From an uncultured Actinomycetes bacterium (lineage in GTDB: Bacteria > Actinomycetota > Thermoleophilia > Gaiellales > Gaiellaceae): a DNA stretch of 64,000 nucleotides. This document shows, piece after piece, positions 23,647-32,890 of the stretch (its first letter is position 1; each line of letters starts with the position of its first letter). The stretch spans positions 882,368-946,367 of the forward strand of contig CAWJFT010000001.1 in NCBI GenBank assembly GCA_963842235.1, written 5' to 3'. Under the pieces are notes generated by a model. It was given only the letters and a program-made list of their open reading frames with translations, was not told the DNA's origin and searched no databases. Made by a program: the position numbers and the translations under genes.

Positions 23647-24768
23647 ATGAACGTCGGCGTCCCCAAGGAGATCAAGCCGGACGAGTACCGCGTCGCGCTC
23701 ACGCCGGCAGGTGCGCTCGAGCTCACCCGCGACGGCCACTCGGTCGTGGTCGAGCAGGGAGCGGGGGAGGGCAGTGCCTTCAGGGACTCCGACTACAGCA
23801 GCGTCGGAGCGCGAATCGGCTCCGTCGCGGACGTTTGGGAGGCCGAGCTCATCCTCAAGGTCAAGGAGCCGCTGCCCGAGGAGTACACGAGGCTGCGCGA
23901 GGGTCAGGTGCTCTTCACCTACCTCCATCTCGCCGCGAGCGAGGATCTGACCCGGGCGCTGATGGAGAGCGGCGCGGCGTGCGTCGCATACGAGACCGTG
24001 GAGACGGACGACCGCGCGCTTCCGCTCCTCGCGCCGATGAGCGAGATCGCCGGCCGCCTTGCGGCGCAGGCCGGTGCGGCGTTCCTGGAGAAGCCGGTCG
24101 GTGGCCAAGGGCTCCTCCTCGGAGGCGTCCCGGGCGTGGCGCCGGGCGAAGCGGTGGTGATCGGTGGAGGGATGGTCGGCTACAACGCGGCCGTGATCGC
24201 GCTGGGGCTCGGCGCGCAGGTCACGATCCTCGAGCGCTCCATCGATCGGATGCGGCATCTGGAAGAGGTGCTCGGGTCGCGCGTCACGCTCCTGATGTCG
24301 TCCGGCCTCCAGATCCAGGAGTCGGTCGCGCATGCCGATGTCGTCATCGGCGCGGTGCTCATCCCCGGCGCGCTGGCGCCGAAGCTGATCACCCGCGAGA
24401 TGGTCGCCGGCATGAAAGACGGCTCAGTGATCGCCGACGTTGCGATCGACCAGGGCGGCTGTGTGGAGACGTCACGACCGACGACGCACTCTGAGCCGGT
24501 CTTCGTCGTCGACGGCGTCATCCACTACTGCGTCGCGAACATGCCCGGTGCCGTTCCGATCACCTCTACGAAGGCGTTGACGAACGCCACGCTGCCGTAT
24601 GTCGAGGGGATCGCGAACGAGGGTCTCCGCGAGGCGATCGCCCGTGATCGCGCGCTCGCGCGGGGTGTGAACGTGCTCGAAGGGAAGGTGACGTACGAAG
24701 CTGTGGCCGAAGCACACGGCCTCGACTTCACCCCGCTGGACGAGGTCCTCAGGTTCTCCCCGGTCTAG
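23647..24768 (+). CDS. ald: alanine dehydrogenase
   Basis: MNVGVPKEIK..EYRVALTP, VKEP, GGVPGV..VIGGGMVGYNAA, DVAIDQGG, HYCVANMPGAVP. Confidence 0.95.
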   Translation: MNVGVPKEIKPDEYRVALTPAGALELTRDGHSVVVEQGAGEGSAFRDSDYSSVGARIGSVADVWEAELILKVKEPLPEEYTRLREGQVLFTYLHLAASEDLTRALMESGAACVAYETVETDDRALPLLAPMSEIAGRLAAQAGAAFLEKPVGGQGLLLGGVPGVAPGEAVVIGGGMVGYNAAVIALGLGAQVTILERSIDRMRHLEEVLGSRVTLLMSSGLQIQESVAHADVVIGAVLIPGALAPKLITREMVAGMKDGSVIADVAIDQGGCVETSRPTTHSEPVFVVDGVIHYCVANMPGAVPITSTKALTNATLPYVEGIANEGLREAIARDRALARGVNVLEGKVTYEAVAEAHGLDFTPLDEVLRFSPV

Positions 24769-24992
24769 TGCCCCATCCAGCAATACATGCCGGCTTCTGG
24801 CCCGCGATCACGCGGCGCCAGAGCCCACCCTCCTCCTCACCAAGGTCTACAGACCTTGGCTCGTCGGAGTGCGAACTCTGGATTCGGACGGTCGTACCGG
24901 CGAAGCCGGCACGACCTCTGCTGGTCGGCGCCGACGAGTCGGCGCCTTGGGCTCGCGACCCAGAATTCCGGCGGCATTACCGGACGGGGCAC
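24768..24992. mobile_element. MITE copy A (225 bp, imperfect TIRs about 19 bp, TA target duplication)
   Basis: GTGCCCCATCCAGCAATAC at the left end matches the reverse complement of the right end (GTGCCCCGTCCGGTAATGC). It is flanked by TA/TA. The first 114 nt match copy B at 113 positions. Confidence 0.8.
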
Positions 24993-25138
24993 TAACCCTC
25001 TGCCGGCTCGGGCTCTTTCCGCTTCTTCCTGGGCGCGCTAGGCGTGATCTTGACGACCAGCCAGGTGACGCCCGCAGCGAGGCTGATCACCGCGGCGATG
25101 AAGATGACCATGCCGATGAGTCCCAGGACGGTCTCCAT
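24992..25138 (-). CDS. 48-aa single-TM protein
   Basis: Reverse ATG at 25138: METVLGLIGMVIFIAAVISLAAGVTWLVVKITPSAPRKKRKEPEPAEG. Its TAG stop is built from the MITE flank TA plus the terminal MITE base. It is below the ORF-track size cutoff. Confidence 0.45.
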   Translation of the reverse strand: METVLGLIGMVIFIAAVISLAAGVTWLVVKITPSAPRKKRKEPEPAEG

Positions 25139-25246
25139 GACCGCCGTAGAATAGCCCCCGTGAACCTCCGAGCTTCCTGCGGTGGCGCCTCGTGCTCGAG
25201 AGCACGGCGCCTGACGTCGTCCTTGGCCGCAACCTAGGAGGCATAC

Positions 25247-26413
25247 GTGCCGCGCGCGTGCGTCATCGTGCTCGACGCCGTGGGGGCGGGAGAGCTACCG
25301 GATGCGGCGGAATACGGCGACGAGGGCTCGGACACGCTCGGGAACGTCGCGAAGGCGGTCGGCGGGCTCGACCTTCCCAACCTCGAGGCGCTCGGGCTCG
25401 GCAACGTCGAGCCGCTCGAGGGCTGCCCACCCCAGCCGGGCGCTCCCGCCATCGCCGGGCGGCTGCTCGAGCGCTCGAAGGGCAAGGACACGACCACAGG
25501 CCACTGGGAGCTCATGGGGGTCGTCACGGAGCAGCCCTTCCCGACGTATCCGCACGGCTTTCCGTTCGAGGTCCTCGATCCATTCATGCACCGGACGGGA
25601 CGCGGCGTCCTGGGGAACAAGGCCGCCTCGGGGACGGAGATCATCGAGGAGCTCGGCGAGGAGCATCAGCGCACGGGCAAGTGGATCGTCTACACGTCCG
25701 CCGACTCGGTCTTCCAGATCGCCGCCCACGTCGACACGATCCCGCTGGATGAGCTCTACCAGGCTTCCGAGGTCGCCCGGGAGATCCTCACCGGCAAGCA
25801 CGCCGTCGGACGAGTCATCGCACGGCCTTTCGAAGGCGAGCCCGGCAACTACGTCCGGACGCCCGACCGGCACGATTGGTCCCTGAAACCCAGACAACCC
25901 AACTACCTGACCCTCGTGCGAGAGGCGGGCCACAAGGTGCATGCGGTCGGGAAGATTCGGGACATCTTCGCCGGCGTCGACATCGACGAATCGAACACGA
26001 CACGCTCGAACGTGGAGGGGATCACGCAGACCGAACGGCTGCTCCGGGAGCTCGACGACGGCCTCGTCTTCGTAAACCTGGTCGAGACCGACATGCTCTG
26101 GGGCCATCGCAACGATCCGGTCAACTTCCACCGGTGCCTTCAGGACTTCGACCGGCGGTTGCCCGACCTGCTTGCTGCGCTGCGCGATGGCGACATCCTC
26201 ATCCTGACGTCCGACCACGGGTGCGACCCCACGACACCTTCGACCGACCACTCCCGCGAGCATGCGCTGCTGCTTGCGTACGTGGAGGGGCGCAACGCAA
26301 GCGGCCACGTTCACCAGGGTGAGTTCGCCGACGTCGGATCGACGGTGAACGCCTGGCTCGGCGGAAAGGCTCCGAGGCGCGGGATCCCCGGCCAGCCGAT
26401 CGTCGAGTCTTGA
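25247..26413 (+). CDS. deoB: phosphopentomutase
   Basis: VIVLDAVGAGELPDA, DTTTGHWE, SADSVFQIAAH, ETDMLWGHRND, SDHGCDPT. AGGAGG lies 5 nt upstream of the GTG. Confidence 0.92.
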   Translation: MPRACVIVLDAVGAGELPDAAEYGDEGSDTLGNVAKAVGGLDLPNLEALGLGNVEPLEGCPPQPGAPAIAGRLLERSKGKDTTTGHWELMGVVTEQPFPTYPHGFPFEVLDPFMHRTGRGVLGNKAASGTEIIEELGEEHQRTGKWIVYTSADSVFQIAAHVDTIPLDELYQASEVAREILTGKHAVGRVIARPFEGEPGNYVRTPDRHDWSLKPRQPNYLTLVREAGHKVHAVGKIRDIFAGVDIDESNTTRSNVEGITQTERLLRELDDGLVFVNLVETDMLWGHRNDPVNFHRCLQDFDRRLPDLLAALRDGDILILTSDHGCDPTTPSTDHSREHALLLAYVEGRNASGHVHQGEFADVGSTVNAWLGGKAPRRGIPGQPIVES

Positions 26414-27114
26414 CGCTTCACGATCCGAGCTTGGTCCGCGAGCAGTACGTCGACGAGACCTGCTTGGCGACACGCAAGCGCGCTCACGAGCTCGGTGAGG
26501 GCCCCGACGCGCGTGAGATTGTGTTCTCGGCGATCAGGGACGCCCGGCCGGGCCGCATCCTCGAGGTCGGCTGCGGCGAAGGCGAGCTGGCCGAGCGCAT
26601 GTCGCGGGAGCTCGACGCGGCGGTCGTGGCCGTCGATCAGTCGGACCGCATGGTCGAGCTCGCGCGGGTGCGGGGAGTCGATGCACGTGTCGGCGATGCG
26701 CAGGCGCTCGAGTTCGAGGACGAGACCTTCGACTGCACGGTCGCAGCGTGGATGCTCTTCCATGTCCAGGACGTCGATCGTGCGCTCTCCGAGCTGGCGC
26801 GCGTCCTTCGGCCGGGTGGGCGCCTCGTCGCAGCGACGAACGGGCCGGACCATCTCTCCGAGCTCTACGAGCTCGTCGGTGCGGCTCCGTTGGAGTCGCG
26901 CTTCGGCTCCGCCAACGGCGCCGGTCTTCTCCAGCAGCACTTCGCATCGGTCGAGCGAATTGACGCCCAGGGCTGGCTCGTCTTTCCGGACCGGGACGCC
27001 GCGCAGGACTTCCTCGACTCGCTGATCCGGCTCTCGCGCTACCTGGTGCCGGACGTCGACGGTCCGATCCGGGCCCGCCGGACGCCGACGGTCTTCGTTG
27101 CGGAGAAGGCGTGA
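26410..27114 (+). CDS. class I SAM-dependent methyltransferase
   Basis: ILEVGCGEGELA motif I, followed by D..F.D..FD and LRPGGRLV. Confidence 0.75.
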   Translation: MTLHDPSLVREQYVDETCLATRKRAHELGEGPDAREIVFSAIRDARPGRILEVGCGEGELAERMSRELDAAVVAVDQSDRMVELARVRGVDARVGDAQALEFEDETFDCTVAAWMLFHVQDVDRALSELARVLRPGGRLVAATNGPDHLSELYELVGAAPLESRFGSANGAGLLQQHFASVERIDAQGWLVFPDRDAAQDFLDSLIRLSRYLVPDVDGPIRARRTPTVFVAEKA

Positions 27115-28406
27115 TCCGTCCCGCCGAGCTGATCCAGCGCAAGCGCGACGGCGGGGAGCTCTCCGACGAGGAGCTCTCCGAGCTCATCCTCGGCTACACC
27201 CGCGGCGAGATCCCTGACTACCAGCTGGCGGCGTTCTGCATGGCCGTCTACTTCCGCGGGCTATCAGCACGGGAGACATACGCGCTTACCGACGCCATGG
27301 TGCGGAGCGGGGAGACGATCGACCTGCAGGCCGAGATCGGACGCCCCGTGGCAGACAAGCACTCGACTGGCGGCGTCGGGGACAAGGCATCGCTCGTGGT
27401 CGGGCCGCTGGTCGCCGCCTGCGGGGTCCCCTTCGGAAAGATGAGCGGCCGCGGCCTCGGCCACACCGGCGGGACGCTCGACAAGCTCGAATCGATTCCC
27501 GGCTACCGCGTCGAGCTTTCGCGGGATGAATTCGTACTCCAGGTGCGCGACGTCGGCCTCGCCGTCATCGGCCAGACGGCCGAGCTCGTCCCCGCCGACA
27601 AGCAGCTCTATGGGCTTCGAGACGTGACCGCCACTGTCGAGAACGTCTCTCTGATCGCGGCCAGCATCATGTCGAAGAAGATCGCAGCGGGGGCGAACGC
27701 GATCGTCCTGGACGTCAAGGTCGGCGACGGGGCGTTCATGAAGTCGCTCGACGACGCACGGGCACTCGCGGGGGCCATGCTCGAGCTAGGCCGGCGCGCC
27801 GACCGTAGGGTCGTCTGCGAGCTGACCGACATGGATCAGCCGTTGGGGCGAGCGGTCGGCAACGCGCTCGAGATCCGCGAGGCGCTCGCAACCCTCAGCG
27901 GCGACGGGCCGCCGGATCTGACGGAGCTCGCGATCGATGCAAGCGCCCACCTCGTCGAGCTCTGTGATGGCCTAGATGCCACCGAAGCACGGTCTCGAGT
28001 CGAATCGGTCCTCCACGACGGGACGGCCCTCGACGCCTACGAGCGCTGGATCCGCGCGCAGGGCGGCGACCCGGCGGAGGACGCCCTGCCGCGAGCCTCG
28101 GTGACGAAGTCGGTCACGGCTGACGGCGACGGCTACGTCGGCCGCCTGGGCGCGCTCGCGATCGGGACGGCCGCGATGCGGCTCGGCGCGGGCCGAACCA
28201 CGAAGGACGAGACGATCGACCATGCCGTCGGCATCGTCTGCCTCCGCAAGCGAGGCGACCGCGCCGAGGCCGGCGAAGCGCTGGCCGAGATCCATGCCCG
28301 TGACGAGTCAGCCGCCGAGGCGGTCGTCGATGAGGTTCGCGGAGCGTACGAGCTCGTCGACACGGCGCCCCCAGACCGCGGCGTCGTTCTCGAGACGCTC
28401 AGCTAG
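27111..28406 (+). CDS. deoA: thymidine / pyrimidine-nucleoside phosphorylase
   Basis: IQRKRDG..LSDEE, DKHSTGGVGDK, MSGRGLGHTGGTLDKLESIPG, SIMSKK. Confidence 0.92.
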   Translation: MIRPAELIQRKRDGGELSDEELSELILGYTRGEIPDYQLAAFCMAVYFRGLSARETYALTDAMVRSGETIDLQAEIGRPVADKHSTGGVGDKASLVVGPLVAACGVPFGKMSGRGLGHTGGTLDKLESIPGYRVELSRDEFVLQVRDVGLAVIGQTAELVPADKQLYGLRDVTATVENVSLIAASIMSKKIAAGANAIVLDVKVGDGAFMKSLDDARALAGAMLELGRRADRRVVCELTDMDQPLGRAVGNALEIREALATLSGDGPPDLTELAIDASAHLVELCDGLDATEARSRVESVLHDGTALDAYERWIRAQGGDPAEDALPRASVTKSVTADGDGYVGRLGALAIGTAAMRLGAGRTTKDETIDHAVGIVCLRKRGDRAEAGEALAEIHARDESAAEAVVDEVRGAYELVDTAPPDRGVVLETLS

Positions 28407-28450
28407 CGGGCGGCCGATGTCCAGGCCCGCCTCACGGCTACGCTAGCCAC

Positions 28451-29281
28451 GTGCCGGAGCTGCCCGAGGTCGAGACGGTTCGCGCAAGCCTCGAGCCGGC
28501 GCTCGTCGGGCGGAGGTTCGAGCGAGTGGAGATCCGCGACGCGAGGCTTACGCGGCCGCTCGATCCCGATGAGGTCGCCGCCGAGCTACAAGGCGAGGTC
28601 GTCGAGGCGCTGGAGCGGCGCGGCAAGTATTTGGTTTTTCGGTTTCGAAGCGGTCGAGTACTCCTGGTTCACCTCCGGATGACGGGCTCGTTTCGGCGCG
28701 GGCGAAACGGAACGGACGACGATCCGTACCGCCGTGCTGTTGTCAGGTTAGACGACGGGTCGGACATCAGCTATCGAGACGTCCGGCGCTTCGGTACATG
28801 GGTCCTGCTCGAGCCGGGTGAGGAAGCCCCGTACCTCGCGACGCGCCTCGGCGAGGAGCCGCTGACGACGAGCTTCAAGGCCGCGACACTCGCCGCGCGC
28901 CTCCACGGCCGAAGAGCTCCCGTCAAGGCGGCTCTGCTCGACCAGCGGGCGGCGGCGGGGATGGGAAACATCTACGCGGACGAGGCGCTCTGGCGCGCAA
29001 AGATCCACCCGTTGCGGCCTGCCGGCGATCTGAGCCCGGCCGAGATCCGCCGGCTCCATCGTGGGATCAACGACGCAATCCGCGCGGGGATCGCCCGGCA
29101 GGGGACGACGCTACGCGACTACCGGACGCCCGACGGCGCGAGCGGGTCGATGCAGGACGAGCTCCGCGTCTACGGGCGTGAGGGAGAACCGTGTCCTCGG
29201 TGCGGCACGGCGATTGCCAAGACGAGGGCGGGCGGGCGCGGCACCTGGTACTGCCCGAGCTGCCAGCGGAGCCCGATCTAG
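28451..29281 (+). CDS. mutM: formamidopyrimidine-DNA glycosylase
   Basis: MPELPEVETV, RRGKYL, LRMTG, GMGNIYADEALW, zinf finger CPRCG..WYCPSCQ. Confidence 0.92.
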   Translation: MPELPEVETVRASLEPALVGRRFERVEIRDARLTRPLDPDEVAAELQGEVVEALERRGKYLVFRFRSGRVLLVHLRMTGSFRRGRNGTDDDPYRRAVVRLDDGSDISYRDVRRFGTWVLLEPGEEAPYLATRLGEEPLTTSFKAATLAARLHGRRAPVKAALLDQRAAAGMGNIYADEALWRAKIHPLRPAGDLSPAEIRRLHRGINDAIRAGIARQGTTLRDYRTPDGASGSMQDELRVYGREGEPCPRCGTAIAKTRAGGRGTWYCPSCQRSPI

Positions 29282-30205
29282 GTGCGGGTCGTGGTCACAG
29301 GCGGCGCCGGCTTCATCGGCTCACACGTCGCAGACGCTTTCATCGAGCGCGGCGACGAGGTGCTCGTGGTCGACGACCTGTCGTCCGGGAGGCGCGACCG
29401 GGTCCCGGAAGGAGCCGACTTCGCCGAACTGGACGTCGCCGACGACGGGCATCTGCGCAGCCGGCTCGACGACTTCGCTGCGGAGTTGATCTGCCACCTC
29501 GCCGCCCAGTCCAGTGTCACCGTCTCCGTCGACAAACCGGACCTGGACTTTGCCTCCAACGTGCGAGGGACGTTCAACGTCTGCCAAACGGCTGCCGGAC
29601 TCGGCGCCCGGGTCGTCTTTGCCTCCACGGGCGGCGCCCTGTACGGCAACGAGGCGCCGCTCCCGACGCCGGAAACCTTCGTCGCGCAACCGCTCTCGCC
29701 GTACGGCGCCTCCAAGCTCGCCGGGGAGGCGTTCGTCGCGACCGAGGCGCGGTTTCGGGACCTGCTGCACGTCGTCCTGCGCCTCGGCAACGTCTACGGG
29801 CCGCGGCAGAACCCCCACGGGGAGGCGGGCGTCGTCGCGATCTTCAGCCAGCGCCTGCTCGACGACCAACCACCGGTCGTCTACGGCGACGGCAAGCCGA
29901 CCCGTGACTACGTGCACGTGGCGGACGTCGTCCGTGCGTTCACGCAGGCCGCGGACCGAGAGCTCGCTGGGACCTACAACGTCGGCCGCGGGAAGGAAGT
30001 CTCCGTCCTCGAGCTCCTGGAGATCCTCCAGCGCGCCGCGGAAACCGACGTCGAGCCGCGGCTGGAACCGCTTCGCCCTGGAGAGCTCCAACGGAGCGCG
30101 CTCGACTCGCGCGCGATCGCCGAGAACCTCGAGTGGCGGCCGCAGATCGATCCTGAGAACGGAATTGCCGAGACCTTCCACTGGTACGCCGAGGAGCACG
30201 GCTGA
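29282..30205 (+). CDS. NAD-dependent epimerase/dehydratase (GalE-like)
   Basis: VTGGAGFIGSH, SPYGASKLAGE (YxxxK), NVYGPRQ. Confidence 0.85.
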   Translation: MRVVVTGGAGFIGSHVADAFIERGDEVLVVDDLSSGRRDRVPEGADFAELDVADDGHLRSRLDDFAAELICHLAAQSSVTVSVDKPDLDFASNVRGTFNVCQTAAGLGARVVFASTGGALYGNEAPLPTPETFVAQPLSPYGASKLAGEAFVATEARFRDLLHVVLRLGNVYGPRQNPHGEAGVVAIFSQRLLDDQPPVVYGDGKPTRDYVHVADVVRAFTQAADRELAGTYNVGRGKEVSVLELLEILQRAAETDVEPRLEPLRPGELQRSALDSRAIAENLEWRPQIDPENGIAETFHWYAEEHG

Positions 30206-31224
30206 TGCTGCTGAACCGGTGGGCCATAGCGTTCGCATTCCTCGGCTGTGCCGCCGTGGTGCCCGGGGCAGCGCCGGCGAGTGAAGGCGTGTCCTGGCAC
30301 GGACGGACGCCGGAGCAGGGATCCGCCTTCGTCGCCGGCATCGGCCGGGAGCTGCGGATCCGGCTCGAAGCGTCAGGGGCCCTCACCGGGTCGGTCCGGA
30401 TCCGGGTCAGGAGATTGCCGCGCGGGGCCAGGCTCGTCTACCCCCTGGATTCGCAAGCGAGGGCTGTCTTCCGCTGGCGGCCCTCGGTGAAGCAGCTGGG
30501 CGAGTGGCGGCTCGTCTTTACCGCGCGCGACGGCGCGGCCACCGCCCGGCCGCTCAAGCTCCGCGTCCACGTCGGCCGACGCGCGGCGCGGACGTTTCGC
30601 CTCTCGTCGAGCCGCTGGATCTCCCGGAGCGCGACGCTGCGGCACTCCGTCAACGCGCTGGCGCGCCCCGTCCCGGGCTCGCGCATCCTCGTGCGGCTTC
30701 GCGCTGTGACGCCGGAGCACGTCCCACATGTCGTCTACCTCGTCGGCGGAGCGATCGACCGCCGCGACCGGTACTGGCTTCGGGTGCGGCTTCCCCTGCT
30801 CCCGAACGGCACCACCGGCTGGATCCCTCGCGACGCGGTAACGACCTTCCGCGAAGTCGACACACATCTCGTCATCGACCGCGGCAGCCTGCGCGCGAGC
30901 CTCTATCGCCGCGGGAGACTGGTCTTCCGCGCGATCGTCGGTGTCGGACAGCCGCAGTGGCCGACGCCGCCGGGCCGCTTCTACGTCCGCGAGCGGCTCA
31001 CGGGCTTCACCGATCCGATCTACGGCTCGCTGGCGTTCGGCACGAACGCGCGCTCGGCGGTGCTCACCGACTGGCCGGGCGGTGGCTTCATAGGCGTTCA
31101 CGGGACGAACCAGCCGGAGATCCTTCCCGGGCGCGTCTCGCATGGATGCATCCGGCTGCGGAACGCCGACATCCTCCGCCTCGCGAGGCTGATGCCGGTC
31201 GGGACGCCGCTCACGGTCTCCTGA
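30205..31224 (+). CDS. L,D-transpeptidase (YkuD domain)
   Basis: Signal peptide. C-terminal IGVHGT..PGRVSHGCIRLRNADI catalytic motif. Confidence 0.85.
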   Translation: MLLNRWAIAFAFLGCAAVVPGAAPASEGVSWHGRTPEQGSAFVAGIGRELRIRLEASGALTGSVRIRVRRLPRGARLVYPLDSQARAVFRWRPSVKQLGEWRLVFTARDGAATARPLKLRVHVGRRAARTFRLSSSRWISRSATLRHSVNALARPVPGSRILVRLRAVTPEHVPHVVYLVGGAIDRRDRYWLRVRLPLLPNGTTGWIPRDAVTTFREVDTHLVIDRGSLRASLYRRGRLVFRAIVGVGQPQWPTPPGRFYVRERLTGFTDPIYGSLAFGTNARSAVLTDWPGGGFIGVHGTNQPEILPGRVSHGCIRLRNADILRLARLMPVGTPLTVS

Positions 31225-31253
31225 TCAGCGGGCGGCCTTTCTACACTTCAACC

Positions 31254-31997
31254 GTGGCTGGCCGCACCTACAAGACGGAGGCGGTCGTCCTACGCTCGCT
31301 TCGGTTCGGCGAGGCCGACCGGGTGCTTCACCTCTACACGCTGGATCGCGGTCGCGTCGGGGCGCTGGCCAAGGGCATCCGCCGGACGACATCCCGCTTC
31401 GGCGGCCGCCTCGAGCCATTGAGCCACGTGGAGCTCGTTCTCCACCAGGGAAGCGGCGAGCTGCAGACGGTCACGGGGGTCGAGCTGATCCGCCCACACC
31501 GGGCGGCGCGCGAGGAGCCGTATCGTTTGAGCGTCGGGTTTGTCGGGCTCGAGGCAATGCTCCGGCTCTTCCCCGAGCAGGAGGCGAACTCGCGCGCCTT
31601 CGAGGCGCTGACCCGCTTCCTCGACCTGCTCGACGAGGCCGAGCCGCGAGCCGGTGACCGCGCGGGGACCGACCCGCTCGTCCTGAGCTTCCAGCTGAAG
31701 CTTCTCTGGCTCTCCGGGTACCTCCCGCATCTGACGAGCTGCGCCGAGTGCGGTGCCGAGGCAGGCCTCGTCGGCTACTCGCCGAACGCCGGTGGCGCGG
31801 TTTGTGTGAACTGTCGAGCCGACGCAATCTCGCTCTCACCCGCGGGCCTCGCGGGGATCGAGGCGCTGCTGCGGAGCCCGCTCGCGGAAGCGGCCGGTCT
31901 CGGCCTCGGCGGGCGCGCCTCGCGGGACGCACTCGCAGTGATCAGCTCATCGTACGAGTACCACGGCGGATTCCGACTCAAGACGCTTTCGGCGTAA
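31254..31997 (+). CDS. recO: DNA repair protein RecO
   Basis: GTG 31254: [24 protein letters not shown], zinc-finger-like CAECG..CVNC. Confidence 0.85.
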   Translation: MAGRTYKTEAVVLRSLRFGEADRVLHLYTLDRGRVGALAKGIRRTTSRFGGRLEPLSHVELVLHQGSGELQTVTGVELIRPHRAAREEPYRLSVGFVGLEAMLRLFPEQEANSRAFEALTRFLDLLDEAEPRAGDRAGTDPLVLSFQLKLLWLSGYLPHLTSCAECGAEAGLVGYSPNAGGAVCVNCRADAISLSPAGLAGIEALLRSPLAEAAGLGLGGRASRDALAVISSSYEYHGGFRLKTLSA

Positions 31998-32008
31998 GCT
32001 CGGCTCCT

Positions 32009-32890
32009 GTGGCGCTGAACTACCAGGACATGATCGGCGCGCTGCAGGCCTACTGGGCCGAGCGCGACTGCATCGTCATGCAGCCGTACCACACCGAGCT
32101 CGGGGCGGGCACGTTCAATCCGGCGACCTTCCTGCGCTGCCTGGGGCCGAATCCATGGCGCACCGTCTACGTCGAGCCGTCGATCCGACCGAGCGACGGG
32201 CGTTACGGCGAGAACCCCTACCGCTTCCAGCACTACTACCAGCTGCAGGTCATCCTCAAGCCGGCGCCGGAGGACATCCTCGATCAGTACTTCGGGTCGC
32301 TCGAGGCCGTCGGCATCGACACGCGAAAGCACGACGTCCGTCTCGTCGAGGACGACTGGGAAGGGCCGACGCTCGGCGCCTGGGGGCTCGGCTGGGAGGT
32401 GTGGGTCGACGGGATGGAGGTCACGCAGTTCACCTACTTCCAGCAGCTCGGCGGCCTCGACGTCGAGGTCGTCTCTGGCGAGATCACCTACGGGCTCGAG
32501 CGGCTCGCGATGTTCCTGCAGGGCAAGCAGAGCGCTCTCGACATCGAGTGGGCGACGGGCATCACCTGGGGCGACATCTTCCGGGAGAGCGAGCGGCAGT
32601 GGTCGATCTACAACTTCGAGGAGGCGCCGGTCGACATCCTCATGCGCCGGTTCGAGGAGCACGAGGCCGAGTGTGCGCACCTGCTGGCGAAGAACCTGCC
32701 GCTTCCGGCGTACGACCAGGTGCTCAAGGCCTCGCATACCTTCAACCTGCTCGATGCCCGCGGGGCGATCTCTGCGACCGAGCGGGCCTCCTACATCGGC
32801 CGGGTTCGGGACCTGGCGCGGCGCGTGGCCGAGGAGTACCTCGAGCTTGCGCGCGCGAACGAGGAGGAGCCGGCTGAAGCTGCTGTTTGA
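32009..32890 (+). CDS. glyQ: glycine--tRNA ligase alpha subunit
   Basis: GTG 32009: [29 protein letters not shown]-like, [27 protein letters not shown]. Confidence 0.95.
   Translation: MALNYQDMIGALQAYWAERDCIVMQPYHTELGAGTFNPATFLRCLGPNPWRTVYVEPSIRPSDGRYGENPYRFQHYYQLQVILKPAPEDILDQYFGSLEAVGIDTRKHDVRLVEDDWEGPTLGAWGLGWEVWVDGMEVTQFTYFQQLGGLDVEVVSGEITYGLERLAMFLQGKQSALDIEWATGITWGDIFRESERQWSIYNFEEAPVDILMRRFEEHEAECAHLLAKNLPLPAYDQVLKASHTFNLLDARGAISATERASYIGRVRDLARRVAEEYLELARANEEEPAEAAV

Noticed and set aside
24768-25041. Small ORFs inside the MITE that give near-identical peptides in both copies (MPHPAIHAGFWPAITRRQSPPSSSPRSTDLGSSECELW and MPASGPRSRGARAHPPPHQGLQTLARRSANSG)
   Set aside because: The peptide identity simply reflects nucleotide identity of a repeat. 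The frames are not preserved across the 64-nt indel, there is no ribosome-binding context, and the element has TIR and TA-duplication hallmarks of a non-autonomous transposon.
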